A DNA stretch of 64,000 nt from an uncultured archaeon A07HR60 (GTDB lineage Archaea > Halobacteriota > Halobacteria > Halobacteriales > Haloferacaceae), in the NCBI GenBank assembly GCA_000496235.1, contig KI543222.1, positions 26,942-90,941 on the forward strand, in the 5' to 3' direction. Shown here in pieces: positions 20,965 through 28,887 of this stretch. The notes beneath the pieces are model-generated. The model saw only the letters and a list, made by a program, of their open reading frames with translations, did not search any database and had not been told where the DNA came from. The position numbers were made by a program, and so were the translations under genes. Every line of letters starts with the position of its first letter. The first letter of the stretch is position 1.

Positions 20965-20980
20965 TTTAGGTTAGCCTAAA
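20965..20980. promoter_or_regulatory. DtxR/IdeR-type operator overlapping the TATA region of the RGP-like operon
   Basis: TTTAGGTTAGCCTAAA, 14-29 nt upstream of ATG 20994. Confidence 0.8.
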
Positions 20981-20993
20981 GACCCGGTGTACG

Positions 20994-22220
20994 ATGGGAG
21001 CGGAACGACCACAGCCGACAGAAGACATCTGTGTGATCGTGCCGACGGTCAGAGAGTACGACTGCCTCAGATCGTACGTCGCGAACGCCCGTGCCCAGGG
21101 GTTCGACACGTCGCGGCTGTATTTCCTGCTAGTCACCGAGAACTTCTGTGACACTGCGGCGATGCGCACCATGCTCGAAGAGCTAGACGTTGCGGGTGCG
21201 GTATTCGACGGATCACGCCGCCAACAGTGGTATCACGACAATGGCATCGGAGAGTACAGCCACGTCGTGCCCGCAGCCAGTCACGCAGAGACCAGCTTCG
21301 GGCTGTTATACATGTGGACCAACAGTCGATTCGAGTACGGTCTTTTCCTTGACGACGACACTCTCCCGCAGGAGGGGCGGGACTTCTTTGGTCGACATCT
21401 GCGGAATCTCGGCTTCACAGGCGATATTGAGTGTGTCACGTCTGACGAACACTGGGTGAACGTTCTGTACGATAGCGCCGACGACCACGGTCTCTACCCG
21501 CGTGGGTACCCGTACTCGGCTATGGGCGAGTCCGTAAAGACAGGGACGGCGACTCTCGGGACAGGAGACGTGGTCGCCTCGCAGGGATTGTGGACGAACG
21601 TGCCAGATCTCGATGCCGTCCGCATCCTCATGGACGGCGACCTCCAAGGGCAAGCGCAAACGCGGACGGCCGAGACGGACTACGGGTCCGACTTCGTCGC
21701 CGGCCAGGGCAACTATCTCACCGTCTGCTCGATGAACCTGGCTTTCCGGCGAGCCGTGATCCCGGCGTTTTACCAGCTCCCGATGGACGACAACGAGTGG
21801 GATGTCGGGCGGTTCGACGATATCTGGAGCGGGGTATTTCTCAAGCGGGCCTGCGACGTCGTGGGGGGCCGCATCTACACCGGCGAACCCCTCTGTCAGC
21901 ACAACAAGGCCGCTCGTTCGACGTTCGACGATCTTGCCAACGAGGCTGCGGGGCTAGAATTAAACGAACACCTGTGGAAACTGATCGATGATGTCGGCAG
22001 CGAGGCGACCGACTACGCCGGAGTGTTTCTGGCGATGGCGGACCGCCTCGCGGACGGAGACTTCGACAACTACCGGAACGGTGCGTTCCTGAACTACGTG
22101 GGCGAGCACATGCACGATTGGCTGGCGTGTCTGGATGCACTGGCCGGGCTCGACACGCTCGACAGCCAGGACACCCAACACCGGTCACCGCGGGCGGTCT
22201 CGTCGGCTGCAGACGACTGA
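20994..22220 (+). CDS. Reversibly glycosylated polypeptide / UDP-arabinopyranose mutase-like protein
   Basis: IVPTVR, FLDDD, YPRGYPYS, SQGLWTNVPDLDA, CSMNLAF, GRFDDIWSG, HNKA. Confidence 0.8.
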   Translation: MGAERPQPTEDICVIVPTVREYDCLRSYVANARAQGFDTSRLYFLLVTENFCDTAAMRTMLEELDVAGAVFDGSRRQQWYHDNGIGEYSHVVPAASHAETSFGLLYMWTNSRFEYGLFLDDDTLPQEGRDFFGRHLRNLGFTGDIECVTSDEHWVNVLYDSADDHGLYPRGYPYSAMGESVKTGTATLGTGDVVASQGLWTNVPDLDAVRILMDGDLQGQAQTRTAETDYGSDFVAGQGNYLTVCSMNLAFRRAVIPAFYQLPMDDNEWDVGRFDDIWSGVFLKRACDVVGGRIYTGEPLCQHNKAARSTFDDLANEAAGLELNEHLWKLIDDVGSEATDYAGVFLAMADRLADGDFDNYRNGAFLNYVGEHMHDWLACLDALAGLDTLDSQDTQHRSPRAVSSAADD

Positions 22221-22251
22221 ATCGCTTGCTCACTGCCACGACACACAACAG

Positions 22252-23379
22252 ATGGACGACAATCAAACACCTAACGGACGGCATCGACGACAGATACTCG
22301 CGGCGACGGGTGCTGCGAGCGCGTTCGGACTCGCGGGCTGTCTGGGGTCGGTTCTCGACAGCGGCGAAGAAACAACCACCGACGTGACAATCGGGCAGAT
22401 CGGGTCCGGCCGGGACGGACGCGACGCCCCCGGCGGAACGCCGATGGGTGAAATGCCCGCTCTCGAGGGAGAACTCACCGTCTATTCAGGGCGGGGAGAG
22501 TTTCTCGTCGGCGATCTCTTGACCTATATCGATGAGTTGTACGACGATTTCACTCTGGTCCGGCGGTACGGCGGATCGACGGATCTGGTCAATCAGATTC
22601 TCAACGAGGGTAGTGGCTCTCCAGCAGACGTATTCTTCTCTGTCAACGCTGGGGCTCTCGGCACCCTCACCGACGAAGGCCGGACCCAGTCGCTCCCAGA
22701 CGACGTTCTGGAGACGGTCCGAGCGGAGTTCCGCACAGACGAGTGGATCGGGATCTCAGGCCGCGCTCGGGCAGTGCCGTTCAACACTGACGCGTATAAC
22801 CGCGCAGAAATGCCTGACAGCATCATGACGTATCCCGACTTCGCGGGCGATATTGGGTGGGCACCGTCTTACGGATCAGTACAAGCGTTCGTCACGGCCA
22901 TGCGCACGATCGAGGGCGAAGCGGCGACTCGAGAGTGGGTGCGCGGGATTGCCGATGGCGCGAAGACCTACCCCGACGAGTTGGCAGCCTGTCAGGCGAT
23001 TGCCGACGGGAGCATCGACGCGGCGTTCACGAATCACTACTACGTGCAACGCGTCCGTGACGCGAACCCTGGCGCTCCTCTCGCGACCCACTTCACCCAG
23101 GGCGACGCCGGAGCCGTCTTCAACGTGGCCGGTGCGGCGATTGTCGACGCGGCCGCCGACAGCGAACTGGCAGCCACCTTCGTACGTCACTTGTTATCGG
23201 CCGAAGCACAGGATTACTTCGCCCGGCGAAACTTCGAGTATCCCCTGATTCCGGGCGTCGAGCCCGTTGGAGATATTCCAACAATCGACGAACTGGACGT
23301 GCCGGATCTCGATTTGACCGTATTGTCAGACCTGGAACCGACAATCGATCTCATGCGGGACGAGGGCGTAGAGATTTAA
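22252..23379 (+). CDS. Fe(III) ABC transporter substrate-binding Tat lipoprotein (FbpA/FutA-like)
   Basis: RHRRQIL...LAGC signal; LTVYSGR, EGSGSPADVF, SGRAR, NHYY Tyr pair. Confidence 0.88.
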   Translation: MDDNQTPNGRHRRQILAATGAASAFGLAGCLGSVLDSGEETTTDVTIGQIGSGRDGRDAPGGTPMGEMPALEGELTVYSGRGEFLVGDLLTYIDELYDDFTLVRRYGGSTDLVNQILNEGSGSPADVFFSVNAGALGTLTDEGRTQSLPDDVLETVRAEFRTDEWIGISGRARAVPFNTDAYNRAEMPDSIMTYPDFAGDIGWAPSYGSVQAFVTAMRTIEGEAATREWVRGIADGAKTYPDELAACQAIADGSIDAAFTNHYYVQRVRDANPGAPLATHFTQGDAGAVFNVAGAAIVDAAADSELAATFVRHLLSAEAQDYFARRNFEYPLIPGVEPVGDIPTIDELDVPDLDLTVLSDLEPTIDLMRDEGVEI

Positions 23380-23400
23380 TCGCTCTTCCGGGCACATGAC

Positions 23401-25614
23401 ATGATCCGGACTGTCTTGTGGGCAACAATCGAGACGGTGACAGCGGCGCTGACTGCGGTGACGGCGGTGTTCCGGGGGTCAGGCCATGGCCGCGGAAAGC
23501 CAGCGCCACTGGCGATTGTAGCGGCGCTGGTCGCGGGGCTAGCCGGTGTCGCAGTGTTTGGACTCGCGGTCAGTGTGTTCCCGTATCACTCCAGTAACCA
23601 CGACGAAGCGGTCTATCTGATGCAAGCGGCGATGCTACTGGAAGGGCAGTTGGAACTGCACGTCGACAGTCTCACGGGCGCATTCCAGCCGTGGTTTTTC
23701 GTCGCGGACGGCGAACGGCTGTACCCGAAGTACACCCCCGTGCCCGCGGCTATGTTCGCCGGAGCGATGGCGTTGTTCGGAGAGCCACGCGTCACGTTAG
23801 CCGTCGTCACGGCGGCCAACACCGGGCTGGTCTACCTACTCGGCGTCATGGCATTTGACCGTCGTGTCGGCGTCTTAGCTGCGATACTGTTCGGGGCCGC
23901 ACCGCTCACCCTCGTGACCTCTTCAGTGTTTTTGCCGTACGCTCCGACGACGGCGCTCAATCTCGTGTTCGCCGTCGCCTATCTCCGCGGTGTACGCGAC
24001 GAATCTGTGGCAGCGGCGGCTGTCGCTGGCGTCGCAATCGGGGTGGCGTTTTTCGCGCGCCCGTACACAGCAGTGCTGTTTGCCGCTCCGTTCATTTTCC
24101 ACGCCGTCTATCGGGTCGTGAGCGCCGGCGACGGCTCACTCCAGCCAGTGCCAGACGCGATTCGCCGGAACGGGGTCACTGCGGCCATCGGGCTGCTATT
24201 CGTCGGGATCACACTGGCGTACAATCTCCGGATGACCGGGTCGGCCATGCTGTTCCCGTACGAAGCCTTCGCTCCGGCAGACGGCCCCGGATTCGGGCGC
24301 CGGCGCATCCTGGGTCACTCGATTGTGTACTCACCGGCCGTGGCACTCCGGGCGAACGCGCACGTGGTGTGGTACTTCGCGACTCGGTGGTTCACCGCTG
24401 GCCCCCTCGGCACGGGGCTGGCAGCGGTCGGCCTTGTGGCCACGATTCGCCGGTGGCATCACGGGAGTCTCACGGGCCAGCGAGGGGCCTCGGACCACCC
24501 GGTCGAGGGGGTCACTCGATTCCTGCTGGCGGGACTGTTCGTCAGCGTGATTGTCGGGAACCTGTTTTTCTGGGGCAATTACAATCTACTGGCCACGGTG
24601 ACAGATCCGACTGACGGGCTCATCTCTCAGTTCGGACCAGTCTATCACTTCGACCTTCTCGCCCCGCTGGCGGTGTTCGGAGCGGTCGGACTCGTCACCT
24701 GTCGAGAGCTGGTCTCACGGGCACGAGCAGCGCTCGGGCGACGACTCTCGCCGCAGGCCGCGAGAGCGGCGGTGATAGTGGTGATTCTGGCGGGCGTGCT
24801 AGTGGGTGGGGCAGCCAGTGCGGCGGTCGTCGCCGAACCACTTGAGCGGAACGGCGAGCACACGGCCAGATACGAGACGGCCTACGAACCTATTGAGAGT
24901 GGTTCCTTCGAGAAAGCACTGATTTTCGTTCCGACACCCTACGGCGACTGGCACGGCCATCCGTTCCAGTCGTTACGCAACGACCCCGGTTTCGACGGAT
25001 CTGCTGTCTACGCGCTTGACCGTGATGCAGCCGACGACTTTGCGGTCGTGGATGAGTTTCCCGAGCGCACGCCGTACCGATACACCTACCAGGGCGAGTG
25101 GACTCCTGAAGCTGCCCAACAGGTCGATCCCAAACTCGAACCGCTAGCGGTGAAGCGCGGGTCTAAACAGCGTTTCACCACCACGGTCGGAGTTCCAGAC
25201 CGGGTCGACCACGCTCGGGTCCGGCTGGAAACGACCAGTGGCGACGGCACAGTAAAACGGGCAATCGGCGAACCGGGCGACTCGCTGGCGATCGAGTGGA
25301 CCGCAGACGCCGACACCGTTCGCATGCCCGCAGCCGACGGGGACGACTCTCTGGAGTTGGTGGGGACCCAGACGGTCGTCCTCCAGGTGACACTCGTCCA
25401 GCCGGAGGGCGGAACACTCACCTACCGGCAAGAGGTGGCTCTCAGAAGTGGCTCGGCAACGTCAGGAGAGACGGTGGAGGTGGTGTGGCCGCCCGACCGG
25501 TACGTCTGCACTCTCGTGACAGACTGTGGGAACCGGGGAACATATCTCCCGGACGAACCGGATGCTCACCGCGACGGGGTTGAGTTCCGTACGCGCGTCG
25601 ACACTGTGGAGTGA
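23401..25614 (+). CDS. GT-C (ArnT/PMT-like) polyprenyl-phosphate-sugar-dependent glycosyltransferase with extracellular C-terminal domain
   Basis: NHDEAVY acidic loop after first TM, YPKYTP, multiple TM helices, hydrophilic C-terminal domain. Confidence 0.75.
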   Translation: MIRTVLWATIETVTAALTAVTAVFRGSGHGRGKPAPLAIVAALVAGLAGVAVFGLAVSVFPYHSSNHDEAVYLMQAAMLLEGQLELHVDSLTGAFQPWFFVADGERLYPKYTPVPAAMFAGAMALFGEPRVTLAVVTAANTGLVYLLGVMAFDRRVGVLAAILFGAAPLTLVTSSVFLPYAPTTALNLVFAVAYLRGVRDESVAAAAVAGVAIGVAFFARPYTAVLFAAPFIFHAVYRVVSAGDGSLQPVPDAIRRNGVTAAIGLLFVGITLAYNLRMTGSAMLFPYEAFAPADGPGFGRRRILGHSIVYSPAVALRANAHVVWYFATRWFTAGPLGTGLAAVGLVATIRRWHHGSLTGQRGASDHPVEGVTRFLLAGLFVSVIVGNLFFWGNYNLLATVTDPTDGLISQFGPVYHFDLLAPLAVFGAVGLVTCRELVSRARAALGRRLSPQAARAAVIVVILAGVLVGGAASAAVVAEPLERNGEHTARYETAYEPIESGSFEKALIFVPTPYGDWHGHPFQSLRNDPGFDGSAVYALDRDAADDFAVVDEFPERTPYRYTYQGEWTPEAAQQVDPKLEPLAVKRGSKQRFTTTVGVPDRVDHARVRLETTSGDGTVKRAIGEPGDSLAIEWTADADTVRMPAADGDDSLELVGTQTVVLQVTLVQPEGGTLTYRQEVALRSGSATSGETVEVVWPPDRYVCTLVTDCGNRGTYLPDEPDAHRDGVEFRTRVDTVE

Positions 25615-25698
25615 TGATGGCAACGGTAGTCAGACAACCACCGATTCGGCACTGTTTAAGTTAGATTCAGGAGTGCTGGCAAGCCAGCAAAGCAGCTG

Positions 25699-26463
25699 TC
25701 ACCGGAGCTGCTCGCGGAGAGAGACCGTCAGAATCGACTTTGCGATTGCGGCTCCACCCCGAATAGGAGCGAGTTTGGTCTCGCCGGCCCGCTCACGATA
25801 TTCGATCGGTTGTTCACGGACCGAGTAGCCGCGAATCAGCGGCCGAAGTAACAGCTCCGCAGAGAGCCCGGTGTTTTCGGTCCACTCGATGGACTCGATC
25901 ACTTCGCGACGATACGCGCGCATCCCGGTGGTCGTGTCGTGAACCCGACGGCCCACCAGAGCACTCGCCAGCACTGCGAACAATCGGTTCCCCAGGCGAT
26001 TGAGCGCCGGCATCGCGTCCGGACTCTGAGAGAGTCGGTCGCCACTGACGACATCAGCGCCGTCGTTGATTGCATCGAGAAACTCCGGCAACTGCTCCAT
26101 GGGATACGTATCGTCACAGTCGGTGGTCACAATCACGGGCCGATCGGCAGCCAGAATCGCTTCCCGGACCGCGACGCCGTAGCCTTGTGGTGATTGCTCG
26201 ATGACTCGGGCGCCGTGGTCGCGGGCGATTGCTGGCGTCTGGTCCGACGAGCCGTCCACGCAGACGACCTCCGCCTGGCCGCCGGTAACCGTCTCGATGT
26301 CTGACAACACCGTGTCGATAGCCGCCTCCTCGTTGTACGTCCCCATGACGACACTCAGGTCCTCGAAGCTGTAGTGGGGCGTCTCGGCTGCACTGGCAGT
26401 CTCTCCGTCCGGAGCCGCTCGTGCCGGCGGGTCTGCCGTGGCCGAGGAGGGTTCACCACTCAT
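25699..26463 (-). CDS. Dolichyl-phosphate glycosyltransferase (GT2)
   Basis: SVVMGTYNEE, VDGSSDQT, GYGVA, TTDCDDTY, DTTTGMRAYRR, RAGETKL. Confidence 0.88.
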   Translation of the reverse strand: MSGEPSSATADPPARAAPDGETASAAETPHYSFEDLSVVMGTYNEEAAIDTVLSDIETVTGGQAEVVCVDGSSDQTPAIARDHGARVIEQSPQGYGVAVREAILAADRPVIVTTDCDDTYPMEQLPEFLDAINDGADVVSGDRLSQSPDAMPALNRLGNRLFAVLASALVGRRVHDTTTGMRAYRREVIESIEWTENTGLSAELLLRPLIRGYSVREQPIEYRERAGETKLAPIRGGAAIAKSILTVSLREQLR

Positions 26464-26497
26464 CACTACCCCTGTATCGACCGCCGCCACTTGAGTT

Positions 26498-26513
26498 TTT
26501 AGGTTAGCCTAAA
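26498..26513. promoter_or_regulatory. DtxR/IdeR-type operator upstream of the GT2 gene
   Basis: TTTAGGTTAGCCTAAA identical to 20965, 35-50 nt upstream of start 26463. Confidence 0.8.
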
Positions 26514-26529
26514 GCACTGTCGACTACGG

Positions 26530-28224
26530 TCACAGGGACCGTTCGATGGCGTTGGCAGCACGCAGTGCAAGCGCGGCGATCGTCAGTGTGGGGTTCATCG
26601 CCCCGGCAGCGGGAAAGACACTGCTGGAAACGACCCAACAGTTCTGCAGGTCGTGGGTGCTGAGTTGAGGGTCAACGACGCTCGCGGTGGGGTCGGTCCC
26701 CATTCGGGTGGTCCCCATGTGATGGTACGCAGGCCCGGTGTTGTCGGGGCCTACCTGCCAGGTGATCTCGACGCCGAGTTCCTCGAGAATCTGCCGCTGG
26801 ATTTCGTTCGCGCGTTCGAGCGTTCGTAACGCGCGGTCGTCGACGCTCCAGTGGACATCTGGCACTGGGTTGCCGTGGTCGTCGGTGCGGTCAGGATCCA
26901 GCCCAATGTAGCTGTCTTTGCGGGGCAGTTGTTCGACGAGCGCGCCCATACCGATGGCGGTCCCGTACTCGCCCTGCAGCCGCTCGAGTAACGCGTCACC
27001 CCAGTCGTCGCCCCGGAGGGCAGACTCCACCGGCGAGGGGCCGTCGTAGTTGAAAAACTCGAGTTTGAACGGCGCAATATTCGTGTCCGCCTCGTCGTAG
27101 AACTGGTCAGAACCGCTCGTGTAGAAGCCGACGTGATTCTGTCGGGTGGGTTCGTCCAATTCACCACCCATACCCGCGAACAGGTGGTCCATGAAGAACT
27201 TTCCAACCAGTCCGCTGGAGTTGGCCAACCCATCGGGGTGGCTATCCGACGCCGACAACAGGAGGAGCCGCGGCGTCTCGACGCCACCACAGGCGACGAC
27301 GAACGTCTCTGCTTTCTGGCGGTGGGTGGTGCCGTCGGGTGTGACGTATCTGGCAGCTGTGACCCGGCTGTCGGTGTGTTCGAGCCGCTGGACGGGCGCG
27401 CTACTGATCACCGTTGCCCCTCGAGACTCGGCGCGGTCGATGTGTACCGTAGCGTCGTACTTCGCGCCGGACGGGCAGACTGGCTGACAGGTCCCGTATC
27501 CCGCACAGGCAGCCCGATCGTCGTAGGCTTCTGAGTTGCGCGCGTTCGGGACCGAGTGCATGTCGATTTCGAGTTCCTCACACGCTTCGGCGAACAGCGA
27601 ATCACTGTAAGACGGCTCGAACGCCGTCATCGGATACGGCTCCTCGCGGGAAGGACCGTACGGATTGTCGGCTGCGCCGGCCACGCCCAGCTCGCGCTCG
27701 GCCGCCGCGTAGTGGGGACGAAGTTCCTCGTAGTCGATTGGCCAGTCGACACCGACACCCCGCTGGCTCGCGGAGTTGAAGTCGGCTTCGTGGAGCCGCA
27801 TCACCATCCCCTGCCAGTGTAGTGTCGACCCCCCGATTCCCTTCACCCGGGCGTGGTTCAGCGGGTACTCTCGCTCTCCAGACGCCGAGTGTGCGTCACG
27901 CTGGCCACCCATGTCCCAGACGTCAGGCTGCCCGAATGCGGGTCTGAGTGCCCGCTCCTGACGGGTGAGCCGGCTTGCCGAGTCGAAGCGAGGACCGGCG
28001 TCCAGTACCACCACCTCGTGGGTTTCCGCCAGTCGATCGGCTATCAGTCCGCCGGCTGGGCCTGCCCCGATCACGCAGACGTCCGTACCCGATACCGGTG
28101 TACGGTCCAGGTTCGCGGGCTCGTCTCGCAGCGGGATCTGTTGACCTCCGGTGGAGGGTCCTGACCCAGGCCTGGAAGATTCGGTCTGGGAACGTGACTC
28201 CGGACCGAATTCGTAGTTGCTCAT
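26530..28224 (-). CDS. GMC-family FAD sugar oxidoreductase/dehydrogenase
   Basis: VIGAGPAG, GIGGSTLHWQG, CAGYGTCQPVCP Cys cluster, ETPRLLLLS, HHMGTTRMG, NPTLT. Confidence 0.92.
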   Translation of the reverse strand: MSNYEFGPESRSQTESSRPGSGPSTGGQQIPLRDEPANLDRTPVSGTDVCVIGAGPAGGLIADRLAETHEVVVLDAGPRFDSASRLTRQERALRPAFGQPDVWDMGGQRDAHSASGEREYPLNHARVKGIGGSTLHWQGMVMRLHEADFNSASQRGVGVDWPIDYEELRPHYAAAERELGVAGAADNPYGPSREEPYPMTAFEPSYSDSLFAEACEELEIDMHSVPNARNSEAYDDRAACAGYGTCQPVCPSGAKYDATVHIDRAESRGATVISSAPVQRLEHTDSRVTAARYVTPDGTTHRQKAETFVVACGGVETPRLLLLSASDSHPDGLANSSGLVGKFFMDHLFAGMGGELDEPTRQNHVGFYTSGSDQFYDEADTNIAPFKLEFFNYDGPSPVESALRGDDWGDALLERLQGEYGTAIGMGALVEQLPRKDSYIGLDPDRTDDHGNPVPDVHWSVDDRALRTLERANEIQRQILEELGVEITWQVGPDNTGPAYHHMGTTRMGTDPTASVVDPQLSTHDLQNCWVVSSSVFPAAGAMNPTLTIAALALRAANAIERSL

Positions 28225-28796
28225 TGCGGGCCTGTTGTGTAACTCTCGGTCCCGCCTGGGTGTCCGCGGGGGTTCTCCAGGCCGACCAACTCACCGCCGG
28301 TGGGGGATGCGTACAACGCTATCAACAGCTCGTTGATCAGGAAGTAGCGCACTCGTTCGGCAGTGGTGCCGTCCGGATTTTCTTCTGCAGTGTCGGCCCC
28401 GACATCCCGAAGTAAGCGATTCCGGGTCCCCGGCGAGAGTTCTGACACTCGATTTCCATGCCAGGCTTGACCTCGGTCGTCGAGTTCCACAACCGTCTCA
28501 CGGATCCCCCGCGCGTGATCCGTGCCAGTCAAGCGACCGGCGAGAAACCCCTCGACGAACGCTTCGATTCCGGTCACCTCCGAGGGGTAAACGACCTCTG
28601 CAAGCGCCGTCAGCGTCGCGTACACCCGCTCGTCGTCCGGGAGCCCATCGCCGCCGCCCTCACCGCCGGTAACGGTAGGCGTCGCGTCTGTGTTGTCGTC
28701 GTCGTGGTCGCGGAGACGCCGGCCTGCCAGCACGGCCCCCCCAGAGGCGCCGACCGCCGCGAGTGCGGCCGCGGCATCGCGTCTCGTCAACTCCAT
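28221..28796 (-). CDS. Gluconate 2-dehydrogenase subunit-3-like Tat-signal partner of the GMC enzyme
   Basis: LTRRDA twin-arginine signal; ALAEVVYPS; LYASPTGGELVG..GHPGG; ATGA overlap with GMC gene. Confidence 0.82.
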   Translation of the reverse strand: MELTRRDAAAALAAVGASGGAVLAGRRLRDHDDDNTDATPTVTGGEGGGDGLPDDERVYATLTALAEVVYPSEVTGIEAFVEGFLAGRLTGTDHARGIRETVVELDDRGQAWHGNRVSELSPGTRNRLLRDVGADTAEENPDGTTAERVRYFLINELLIALYASPTGGELVGLENPRGHPGGTESYTTGPQ

Positions 28797-28803
28797 ACAG
28801 TGT

Positions 28804-28819
28804 TTTAGGCAAACCTAAA
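28804..28819. promoter_or_regulatory. DtxR/IdeR-type operator in the divergent promoter region
   Basis: TTTAGGCAAACCTAAA between the minus-strand TATA (TATAAG 28827-28822) and start 28796. Confidence 0.75.
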
Positions 28820-28887
28820 TCCTTATATCCGTCGGAGTGGTGACTCCGGATACGATACTTGCTCGCTCAGAGCGAGCGTTTCGACCC

